Shown: piece after piece, positions 20,377 through 28,611 of the stretch | Position numbering within the stretch: the stretch's first letter is position 1 | Layout: each line of letters opens with the position of its first letter | NCBI GenBank assembly: GCA_965279515.1 | Contig: CBDIID010000003.1 | Location: forward strand, 3,776,001-3,840,000 | Source of the DNA: Turneriella sp. | Lineage (GTDB): Bacteria; Spirochaetota; Leptospiria; Turneriellales; Turneriellaceae | Reading direction: 5' to 3' | Length of the DNA stretch: 64,000 nucleotides | The notes under the pieces: generated by a model | Told to the model about the DNA's origin: nothing | What the model saw: only the letters and a program-made list of their open reading frames with translations | Databases searched by the model: none | Translations under genes and position numbers: made by a program

Positions 20377-21111
20377 ATGAAAACATACTTTACTTTGCTC
20401 ATCGCGCTCACTCTCGCAGCTTCGCTGCCAGCTGCGCCCAAGAACGCCGCAAAACCAACGAAGCCAGTAGCCACCGAACCGCCGGCAGCCGCAGCCGTAC
20501 CGACGCCTCAGCCGACGCCAAAAACAGAGGGAGGCTTGGTCATGAGCCTGGCATTCTACGGTGCGTATAACATCGCAAGCTCAGACCTCTTCACCTTACC
20601 CGCGGGAAGCACGGCCAGCTGGACCACATCGGGTGGTGGCGTTTTAGGCGCAGGCGCTAATTTTATGATCGGCAGCCAGCTGATCCGCGGTGGGGTAAAT
20701 GTTGCCTATTCTCCCATTGGCGAATACCGGCAAGGCGGTTCGACGGTATTTCTTAGGTACTTACCCATCGAAGGCTTACTGCGTCTTTATCCGATCGCCG
20801 GCCTTTATGTCGGCGGCTTGGCTGGGTACGCGCTTGATCTGAGTTCGGCCGTGGTTTCGGGCAGCGGTTCGCTGACAAAAACCGACGGCATAACGTATGG
20901 CGGCAGTCTCGGCTACCTGATCAAAAATGGGCCCGTCGACTTAGATCTCGGCGTTGATATTCGGATGTTATCGTTGTCAGCAACCGCCCCTACCGGTGGC
21001 AGTAATTTTTCCCTAACCAGTCTTGACGCGACCAGCGTTGCAGCGGGTGTGAGCAAAACCTACACAATTTTGAATATTGTTCCACGCGTCGGCTTTAATT
21101 ACAAATTCTAA
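20377..21111 (+). CDS. Exported protein, probable outer-membrane beta-barrel
   Basis: Signal peptide, Pro/Ala linker, ends VGFNYKF; AGGAG RBS. Confidence 0.72.
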   Translation: MKTYFTLLIALTLAASLPAAPKNAAKPTKPVATEPPAAAAVPTPQPTPKTEGGLVMSLAFYGAYNIASSDLFTLPAGSTASWTTSGGGVLGAGANFMIGSQLIRGGVNVAYSPIGEYRQGGSTVFLRYLPIEGLLRLYPIAGLYVGGLAGYALDLSSAVVSGSGSLTKTDGITYGGSLGYLIKNGPVDLDLGVDIRMLSLSATAPTGGSNFSLTSLDATSVAAGVSKTYTILNIVPRVGFNYKF

Positions 21112-21114
21112 ATT

Positions 21115-21585
21115 GTGCACTACAGGTTTGAGTTGACACCATTTTTTCGTAAGGTAATGAAGGAAAATATGAAATCAGAAGCAACCACGCAAGCAACAGC
21201 AGTTCGCGCCGTTCAGGCCTGGCTGGTAATTTGTAGCGGGATCTTTTTCTGCCACTGCGGTGCTACGGCAGGTCTTAATGCCCGTAACGTCGACCATCCG
21301 GTGATGGTGGGCAATGTTCGCCGCATAGGGGCACGGCCTGCCGGCGAATTGAGAAATAGCCAACCCCTGTCGTTTAAGAACACCCAAAACGGTGACTACA
21401 GCACACTCTCGCCCGGCCGGCTCAGCGGCTACCTGCTGAAGAATCTGGGATACAAAAACAGTGTGGTGCAAATCAACAGCATCGGGTACAAAAATACGGT
21501 CGCGAACTATTTTTTTACCTGGTCGGTACGCGATGAAGCAAGTATCGAGGGTGAAGGCGGTCTGCAATCCGAAGGGGGCAGATAG
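21115..21585 (+). CDS. Hypothetical (lipo)protein
   Basis: ORF in an operon-like run; start uncertain. Confidence 0.6.
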   Translation: MHYRFELTPFFRKVMKENMKSEATTQATAVRAVQAWLVICSGIFFCHCGATAGLNARNVDHPVMVGNVRRIGARPAGELRNSQPLSFKNTQNGDYSTLSPGRLSGYLLKNLGYKNSVVQINSIGYKNTVANYFFTWSVRDEASIEGEGGLQSEGGR

Positions 21586-21586
21586 A

Positions 21587-22021
21587 ATGCTCTCGTTGAC
21601 AGGCAAAATGAAATACCTAATGGTCATGTGTATTGTCATCGTGCTAAACTGCGCTGGCAGTCAGGGTGCGGTACGATTTGATCATTTGGATTATCCCGTT
21701 TCTATGAGCGGCTTTTTGTATGGCAAGAATAACGAAATTCTCATGAAAGATCTGCACATGCAAGAAGTCGGAAAATTCTCGCTGACCCGGCGGCAGTGGA
21801 GCATCGGTTACTCACTCATACCGCTGAATGGCAAAGAGGCTTTCGCCGAGGCCATGAACCAGGCTATCATTGCAGCCAAGGGTGACGCGATGGTCAACCT
21901 CGAGATCGAGACGGCTAGTTGCTCATGGAACAGTGTGCCGTACCTTTTTCTGTTGCCCATTTGGCCCGGTTGCGCTGATGTCAAACTGACCGCAGATATT
22001 ATCAGGGAGAAACGACCATGA
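21587..22021 (+). CDS. Hypothetical lipoprotein
   Basis: VLNC lipobox-like; start taken at MLSLTG. Confidence 0.7.
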   Translation: MLSLTGKMKYLMVMCIVIVLNCAGSQGAVRFDHLDYPVSMSGFLYGKNNEILMKDLHMQEVGKFSLTRRQWSIGYSLIPLNGKEAFAEAMNQAIIAAKGDAMVNLEIETASCSWNSVPYLFLLPIWPGCADVKLTADIIREKRP

Positions 22022-22431
22022 AATTTGCCAGCACAATTCACCGGACGATAGTGCGCGTTATTTTTTTCTGCCTGCTTTCAGCACTCGCCGCGCAAGTGCC
22101 GCAAGATGTATTGTTGCTTGAAGAAGAACAGGTGAATATTTTTCATTTGCACCGAAATTGTAAATCTCTCGGTGTGATCGAAACGGAAAGGTCATGGCCG
22201 TATAAAAAAACAGAATATGCATCACTCGAAAAATCCAGGATCGCAGAAGAAGCAATTATGCGCGACATGGGCTATCGGGCCGGGGCAAACGCCATGCAGT
22301 TCTTAGGTATGAAATATAGCGTCAGAACGATCGGTCGGAAAATACCGGAATTCAGAATTGACATTAGCACCGATATTCGCTACTGGAAATGTGACCCCAA
22401 AACGCTCGGTATGCTAAAGCGCAGAGAATGA
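22018..22431 (+). CDS. Hypothetical exported protein
   Basis: ATGA-coupled to its neighbours; signal peptide. Confidence 0.7.
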   Translation: MKFASTIHRTIVRVIFFCLLSALAAQVPQDVLLLEEEQVNIFHLHRNCKSLGVIETERSWPYKKTEYASLEKSRIAEEAIMRDMGYRAGANAMQFLGMKYSVRTIGRKIPEFRIDISTDIRYWKCDPKTLGMLKRRE

Positions 22432-23231
22432 TGCTGCGCGTATTTGTCGGCGTCTTTCTGTTCGCATGCCTCGCCGCATGCAATGCGCGCCCGTCGTTCG
22501 ATAAGATGATTGTGCGCCAACCGGGGTCGCGAAAGGCGATTGGGAACAAAGTCTTCGTCGATCAGGCGACCGGCGGCGGCGAAAACGACGCCCTGTCGCC
22601 AACGATCGCCGGCGAAATCAAAATTCCCAACGAAGAATTCACCAAGGCTGTTGAAACGTCGATACGCCAATCCGGTTTTTTCTCAGAGTATGCCGCGCGC
22701 TTTGAAGAAGAGTGGGGGCTGCGGGTGCTCATCGTCAACGTTGAAACGCATATGGACATGCTTGCGGCGACCATGACAGGGCACGTGACGGCGAGATATT
22801 CCGTTTTTTACAAGAATAATCCGGCATACGAATTTGAGTTTCAGACTAAGGGTGCCGCGACCGATTACCTCGGCAGCTATGGCGGTCTGCGCAAAGAGGC
22901 GGTTGAAAAAGCGACGCAGCAAAATATTGCACAATTTTTGCAGCACGTCGTAACCTATGATTTCTCCGATATTACCGAAGCGCCTGTGCAAGAAAAGCTA
23001 CGGCAGAAAAAACAAATTCGCATCGTTGGGCGCATTTTCCAGATTAACGGACGCAAGGTCGATATCATACCCGCCGCTGGGGCGCTCAAAGTGGGAAAAA
23101 TTTACACTATCTTGCGCAAGGACAGGCCAGTCGCAACTGTAAGGGTAGATACCGTCTTCCATACCAAGTGTGCCGGAAAAATCTTGACCGGCGGCGCGGC
23201 GATCGCACCGGATATGTCTGTTGGACAGTGA
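22428..23231 (+). CDS. Hypothetical lipoprotein
   Basis: LAAC lipobox; ATGA overlap. Confidence 0.75.
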   Translation: MMLRVFVGVFLFACLAACNARPSFDKMIVRQPGSRKAIGNKVFVDQATGGGENDALSPTIAGEIKIPNEEFTKAVETSIRQSGFFSEYAARFEEEWGLRVLIVNVETHMDMLAATMTGHVTARYSVFYKNNPAYEFEFQTKGAATDYLGSYGGLRKEAVEKATQQNIAQFLQHVVTYDFSDITEAPVQEKLRQKKQIRIVGRIFQINGRKVDIIPAAGALKVGKIYTILRKDRPVATVRVDTVFHTKCAGKILTGGAAIAPDMSVGQ

Positions 23232-23315
23232 CGGCGTTTCTGCTTTTACTATAACTGTCCGTACCCAAAATTAATTCTGGCTGACGCCCTTACCGATGCG
23301 CCGGTTCATGCATCT

Positions 23316-23597
23316 ATGGCACAAAACATCCACGCATTCACCGCCGCCAACATTTCCGGCAAAGAAACAAGCCTCGCCGATTACAAAGGCAAAGTTGTTT
23401 TGATTGTGAACACCGCCAGCAAATGCGGCTTCACACCGCAGTTCGCGGGTCTCGAATCGCTGTACGAAAAATACAAAGACCGCGGTCTCGTGATTCTTGG
23501 CTTTCCCTGCAACCAATTTGGCGCGCAAGAACCCGGTACATCTGATCAGATTCAGGAATTCTGTCAGCTCAACTACGGGGCAAATATAGCACTTTAA
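23316..23597 (+). pseudogene. C-terminally truncated glutathione peroxidase
   Basis: [24 protein letters not shown] present; homology stops at NYG (~23580) where the scaffold motif begins; WNFxKF motif missing. Confidence 0.88.
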
Positions 23598-23610
23598 GGC
23601 ACTAACTACC

Positions 23611-23705
23611 CATAACTTGTCATTTTGTCACCTTCAAAAACAGGCTTTACACCCGAGAGATTCGGGATTCTGTAGGCCTTAGTGGGGAGTAATTTCCTAC
23701 ATATT
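23611..23705. repeat. Scaffold module M, right copy of cassette 11
   Basis: Identical direct repeat of 18313-18407. Confidence 0.95.
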
Positions 23706-23775
23706 CAATATCGCTGTTCTCGTCAGAGCGCGCGCACGGATGCGCGCGGATAACCAAGGCGCAATTATTTCAGAC

Positions 23776-23984
23776 AACGTGGATTTTACGCTGACGTTTT
23801 TTGACGCTTGTGTCATTTATTCAATCTGTAAAGCCGATTTGCGTCAAAAAATGTGGTCGTAGCGGCTCGCGGCGACGCGCGAAAACACACCTCCCGGTGT
23901 GCGCGTCGTCCGCGATCTTTGCCGCGGAGACCCGAGCACGCGAGGAGCTACGGCACCGCAGCGGCGCAGCGCGTAAAATTTGTT
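23776..23984 (-). repeat. attC-like element E11
   Basis: E7 family. Confidence 0.88.
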
Positions 23985-24049
23985 GTCTGAAGTAATTGCG
24001 CCTGTGAGCTCGGCCACGGATGGCCGAGCGAATCCTTCGTAGGACTTCT

Positions 24050-24143
24050 CATAACTGGTTGTTTTCCCCCCCTGTCAATCGGGCTTTACAGCCGATAGGT
24101 GAGGTTTAAGTTCCCCTTAGTGAGGAGCAATATCCTATATATT
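24050..24143. repeat. Scaffold module M, left copy of cassette 12
   Basis: cataactggttgtttt...cgggctttaca...ggagcaatatcctatatatt. Confidence 0.75.
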
Positions 24144-24149
24144 AAATGT

Positions 24150-24617
24150 TCAGAGCATCAGCTCCATCGAATAGTTTACCAGAATTTGGCCATTCCGCTC
24201 GATGTGATTTTCGCAAATTTCTCGAAAGCCTTGCTTTGCAAAAAACTTTCGCGCGACAAGCGACGCTTCGACATAGAGTCGCTTTAACCGCATTTCGATT
24301 GCCTGACGTTTCACCTCTTGGTAGAGGGCCGTGCCAACACCCTTGCTTTGAAAATCTGGCCGCACGTATGCGCAGTCAATGTGTCCATCGGCCTCAAGCT
24401 CGATGAAGCCCGCAATCATCGGGCCGACAAGAGCGACATGCGGGCGCTTTTGATTAAGGCGCGTTTGCCATTTTATCATATCGGTTGGAGTTGGCGCCCA
24501 TGCTTCTTTTTGCTTAGCGGTATAAATTCTTTCATCGATGGCATGCACCGCAGTATGAAAAAGATCTGCAATCTCTCCAGCCATTGATTCAGAATAAGGC
24601 GATAATTGCCTGATCAT
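24150..24617 (-). CDS. GNAT N-acetyltransferase (YafP-like)
   Basis: DGHIDCAYVRPDFQSKGVGTAL...EASLVARKFF. Confidence 0.9.
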   Translation of the reverse strand: MIRQLSPYSESMAGEIADLFHTAVHAIDERIYTAKQKEAWAPTPTDMIKWQTRLNQKRPHVALVGPMIAGFIELEADGHIDCAYVRPDFQSKGVGTALYQEVKRQAIEMRLKRLYVEASLVARKFFAKQGFREICENHIERNGQILVNYSMELML

Positions 24618-24624
24618 ACTGAAA

Positions 24625-25227
24625 TCAGCCCGCCTTCAATCCGGCTATAAGCAAGTGAATAACCGCTTCGGCTTCGGCCCTGGCTTTCGTCGAATCTTTA
24701 GCGGTGGCAATAGCTGCGCCCGCTTCCGCAAAAGCTCCGCCCAGAATCCGCGCCGCATCGGGCAAGGGCAGCGGCCGCATGATACCCATTTCTATCCAGC
24801 GGTGCATCAAGCCCGCCACCAGAGGTTCATTGACCGTGGCGTCGGCTTCTTTAAATTTTGCGTGGGCCAAAACGGTAGGTGCCTCACGCAACAGAACCAC
24901 CTGAACAGAGGGGTCCATACAAGCATTCAGGTAAGCGCGAGCTGCTGCCTCGACTTGCGCCCAGCCTGTTTCAGCATCGGCCGCATTCTGAATGGTCGAA
25001 GCCAGTTCGGTGAAAATTTCCGAAACGACGGCGGAGAAAATGTCAATCTTGCCCGCAAAGTGGTGGTAGAGTGCGCCATGAGTCACGCGAGCTGCCCTGC
25101 AGATATCAGCAACGCTGGTTTCTGCATATCCATACTTTGTGAAGACTTGCCGAGCAACACGCAACAAACCTTTCCTTCTAACGGCTTTTTGTTCCACACG
25201 GCTTTTTACGGTTCGTTGCTTAGGCAC
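24625..25227 (-). CDS. TetR-family regulator
   Basis: GYAETSVADICRAARVTHGALYHHF. Confidence 0.92.
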   Translation of the reverse strand: MPKQRTVKSRVEQKAVRRKGLLRVARQVFTKYGYAETSVADICRAARVTHGALYHHFAGKIDIFSAVVSEIFTELASTIQNAADAETGWAQVEAAARAYLNACMDPSVQVVLLREAPTVLAHAKFKEADATVNEPLVAGLMHRWIEMGIMRPLPLPDAARILGGAFAEAGAAIATAKDSTKARAEAEAVIHLLIAGLKAG

Positions 25228-25243
25228 GAGGAAATCCGATTTT

Positions 25244-25291
25244 ATTTGACATTACGTCGTAATGTTTATACATTATCATATAATGTCAAAT
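25244..25291. promoter_or_regulatory. Tandem palindromic operators overlapping a sigma70-like promoter
   Basis: acattacgtcgtaatgt and acattatcatataatgt; TTGACA-N17-TACATT on +; lies between divergent tetR and cupin genes. Confidence 0.7.
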
Positions 25292-25410
25292 ACAATAACA
25301 ACCGCTGATCTAGGTTTTTATGGGTCACGATTCGCGCCGCACGTCTGTGGCATAGTCTCACAAACGATGTTATTTTTTCTGGGTGGGATGGCAACCATGC
25401 GCGCCCTAAG

Positions 25411-26316
25411 GTGCATATGATGAGAAAAGCGAATCTGATCTTCGGTATCGTCTTGTTTCTTGCTTTTCTAGGCACAGGATATTACATGAGCCGCTACTTC
25501 AAGCCCGAGCATCTAACGGATCTGACGATGCGCATGCAAATTCGGGCAAGCCATATCTATCTACTATTCACCGCGCTCTTAAACATCCTGGCATTTACGT
25601 GCGAACTGCGTGGAACCGGCCAGGCAAGAAAATTTTTCGATACGGCTTTTCGTCTATTTCTCGTCGCTGCCGGCACCGTCGCGCTCTGCGCATTCGCTTT
25701 CGAGCATACCGGCGACCTGAAAGAACGCAAGCTGACTTTGTTATCCGTTATATTGGCGTTAGCTTCGGTTGGCTTCATTTTGATCCACGAGATTTTGGCC
25801 GCAAAGCGCCAGCATTTATTTTTGTCTAGCCATGCCTTGACTATGGAAAAACCAATCGCTGTGAACGCTGGAAAAATTGAAGCGCGCCAAAAAAAATCCA
25901 TATACCCGGCTCCTTTTGCAGCAATGATGGCGCTGCGCGAAAAGCGAGTGCTGGGCGATCTTTTTGGCCTGACAAACTTCGGAGTGAACTTGACAACAAT
26001 TAAGCCTGGTGGCATGTCTGCGCTACGGCATGCACATGCAACACAAGATGAGTTTATCTATATTGTTTCGGGAAATCCCGTGCTGGTGACTAATGAAGGT
26101 GAAACGCAACTCAGTCCGGGTATGTGCGCGGGATTTCTTCATGGAAACGGAAACGCACACAACCTAATCAATCGCGAAAACACCGACGCTGTTTATCTCG
26201 AAATAGGCGACCGGAGCGCTGGCGATTCCATCTTATACCCCGATAACGATCTCATGGCAAATTTTGAAGGCCCTGGCAACTGGCGATTTACCCACAAAGA
26301 CGGCTCGCCCTACTAA
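25411..26316 (+). CDS. Four-TM membrane domain fused to a cupin domain
   Basis: C-terminal half LGDLFGLTNFGVNL...RHAH..QDEF...NAHNL is a cupin; N-terminal half is hydrophobic. Confidence 0.75.
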   Translation: MHMMRKANLIFGIVLFLAFLGTGYYMSRYFKPEHLTDLTMRMQIRASHIYLLFTALLNILAFTCELRGTGQARKFFDTAFRLFLVAAGTVALCAFAFEHTGDLKERKLTLLSVILALASVGFILIHEILAAKRQHLFLSSHALTMEKPIAVNAGKIEARQKKSIYPAPFAAMMALREKRVLGDLFGLTNFGVNLTTIKPGGMSALRHAHATQDEFIYIVSGNPVLVTNEGETQLSPGMCAGFLHGNGNAHNLINRENTDAVYLEIGDRSAGDSILYPDNDLMANFEGPGNWRFTHKDGSPY

Positions 26317-26361
26317 CCGAACACGTGTCTCAAAAATATAGCCCTTTAAGGGCTGACTTTC

Positions 26362-26409
26362 CATAACTGGTTGTTTTGTCCCCCTGTAAGGAGCAATATT
26401 CGAGATATT
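26362..26409. repeat. Internally deleted right copy of module M (cassette 12)
   Basis: cataactggttgttttgtcccctgt joined to aggagcaatatt; both ends match 24050-24143. Confidence 0.7.
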
Positions 26410-26475
26410 GAAGCCTGATTACGTTGCCGCGTCGACACGAGGTCGGCGCAGCACAAAGGCGCAATTATTTCAGAC

Positions 26476-26684
26476 AACGTGGATTTTACGCTGACGTTTT
26501 TTGACGCTTGTGTCATTTAATCAATCTGTAAAGCCGATTCGCGTCAAAAAATGTGGTCGTAGCGGCTCGCGGCGACGCGCGAAAACACACCTCCCGGTGT
26601 GCGCGTCGTCCGCGATCTTTGCCGCGAAGACCCGAGCACGCGAGGAGCTACGGCACCGCAGCGGCGCAGCGCGTAAAATTTGTT
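26476..26684 (-). repeat. attC-like element E12
   Basis: E7 family. Confidence 0.88.
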
Positions 26685-26727
26685 GTGCGAAGTCGATGCC
26701 TCATAAGATATTAAAGATCTGTCGGTA

Positions 26728-27156
26728 CTATCGCCCAATGGCGGGTCTTTGCTTTTCTAACGGGCGAACAAAATTGCAATCATACCCTTTTCCTTTGAAG
26801 AAGCTTGAGTTGGTATCAAAATCTCGACTTTTCCATTTCTCGCTTGAATAAGAAAAGCAACCACTTGGAGCTTTTATGTCGTTAAAATTTAGCGTGTAGC
26901 AAATGAGCTGGCCTTCTGAAATAGGGGTTTCAACGCAATAAAAGCCATCTTTGGCTGTATGGTATTGCTTTGTGACCGGTTCGGCGGCCTTAGGGTCTAG
27001 ATTAATCGTTATGCCAATATCCGAACAACCTTTTCCGTTCACGGTAACGTATCCGTACATGCTGCACTTGAATTCATGCGCTTGCGCATGAATTTTCTGA
27101 TTTAGAAAAAATGATGTAGAGGAAAAAAGTAAACAGTAGAAAATATTGCTTTTCAT
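26728..27156 (-). CDS. Hypothetical exported Cys-containing protein (cassette 13)
   Basis: AGGAG RBS abutting the terminal repeat; signal peptide. Confidence 0.75.
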   Translation of the reverse strand: MKSNIFYCLLFSSTSFFLNQKIHAQAHEFKCSMYGYVTVNGKGCSDIGITINLDPKAAEPVTKQYHTAKDGFYCVETPISEGQLICYTLNFNDIKAPSGCFSYSSEKWKSRDFDTNSSFFKGKGYDCNFVRPLEKQRPAIGR

Positions 27157-27184
27157 AAAAATCTCCTAGGCATCGATTTCGCAC

Positions 27185-27393
27185 AACGTGGATTTTACGC
27201 TGACGTTTTTTGACGCCTGTGTCATTTAATCAAATTGTAAAGCCGATTTGCGTCAAAAAATGTGGTCGTAGCGGCTCGCGGCGACGCGCGAAAACACACC
27301 TCCCGGTGTGCGCGTCGTCCGCGATCTTTGCCGCGGAGACCCGAGCACGCGAGGAGCTACGGCACCGCAGCGGCGCAGCGCGTAAAATTTGTT
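27185..27393 (-). repeat. attC-like element E13
   Basis: E7 family. Confidence 0.88.
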
Positions 27394-27573
27394 GTCTGAA
27401 GTAATTGCGCCTGTGAGCCCGGCTAGTAGGGCCGGGCGAAGAAGAATTAATGCCCTTAACCGCTCATTTTGTCATATGAAATCAGGCTTTACACTTGAGG
27501 GATTCGGGATTCTATAGGCCTGATTCGGGAGCAATTTCTTATATAATATTTCTCACCAAAGCGAAGTAACGAT

Positions 27574-28236
27574 ATGAAGCTCAAAATGATTCTATTTGCA
27601 ATGTTGATTCAGAATGGTATGATGTCTGCTCAAGAAGCGAAAAAGCCCGACCAAAAAATTTTGAGGGCCATTGATTCCGGAAACATACAAAAGGTAAATT
27701 CGGCGATAAAAGAAAACCCGTCATATCTCAATCAAGCCATTGAATTCTGGGGCACACCCCTAATTTTTGCAGTGAATAAAGATTTTCTAGCGGCGGTTGA
27801 AAGTTTAGTGAAAAGCGGTGCCGATGTGAACGGACGCGACACAGAAGGACGCACGCCACTAATGTGGTGCCCTATGGATGTGGGGCCGTTCCGTGGCTGT
27901 GGGAGGAACCAGAAGACGCCTCAGAGGAAACGCCAGGAAAGCGAGAGATGTGATACCAAGCTTGCCCGCCTGAAAAAAAACAGAGAGCGTATTCTCATAT
28001 TTCTGCTGAAATCGGGAGTCGATATTGCCGCTGTTGATAACCAAGGACGAACTGCGCTCCACTACGCAGCACGAATGGACGATTTAGACATGGTTAAGTT
28101 TTTGCTGAAAAACGGTGCGAATCCGCACGCACGGGATAAGAGAGGCATGACTCCCGCGAGCGAGACGGCGCCTGAGGGTACCGCGTCGGGCTATGACGCG
28201 GGGAGAATTAAAAAAATCCTGAAGCATAGTCTATAG
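27574..28236 (+). CDS. Ankyrin-repeat protein (cassette 14, inverted)
   Basis: GTPLIFA, GRTPLM, GRTALHYAA...LLKNGANP. Confidence 0.9.
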   Translation: MKLKMILFAMLIQNGMMSAQEAKKPDQKILRAIDSGNIQKVNSAIKENPSYLNQAIEFWGTPLIFAVNKDFLAAVESLVKSGADVNGRDTEGRTPLMWCPMDVGPFRGCGRNQKTPQRKRQESERCDTKLARLKKNRERILIFLLKSGVDIAAVDNQGRTALHYAARMDDLDMVKFLLKNGANPHARDKRGMTPASETAPEGTASGYDAGRIKKILKHSL

Positions 28237-28371
28237 AGCGACATATTATGTATGAAAGAAAAAAATAGTCCTTTAATGCTGTAACTAGCCACAATGAGTT
28301 CATCCTGTCGCAGCAGATTTGCTGCGTCGCCAAGGATGGCGACGAAGTACAAAGGCGCAATTATTTCAGAC

Positions 28372-28588
28372 AACGTTGGATTTACCTGACGTCGATGGTG
28401 CGCCGCACAATAAATGCCGTCTTCTTACGAAAGCCGCTCTTGGCGCGCCATCGATGTGCCGCAGGTGGCTGCGTTGCGCCCGCCAATTAAGCTCGACAGA
28501 GCGCGGGCGTCAACGCATTTCAGGCCACCGGAGGCCGAGCACGCGAGGAGCTACGGCACCGCAGCGAGCGCAGCAGGTAAATCTTGTT
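28372..28588 (-). repeat. attC-like element E14
   Basis: AACgttggatttacctg ... caggtaaatcttGTT. Confidence 0.85.
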
Positions 28589-28611
28589 GTGCGATGGCCA
28601 AGGCATACGTG

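Noticed and set aside
9148..27548. Module M as a protein-coding remnant
   Set aside because: Copies differ by indels and stops and show no codon-position bias.
945..28588. Repeats as a CRISPR array
   Set aside because: Repeats are about 200 bp, the 'spacers' are gene-sized, and no cas genes are present.
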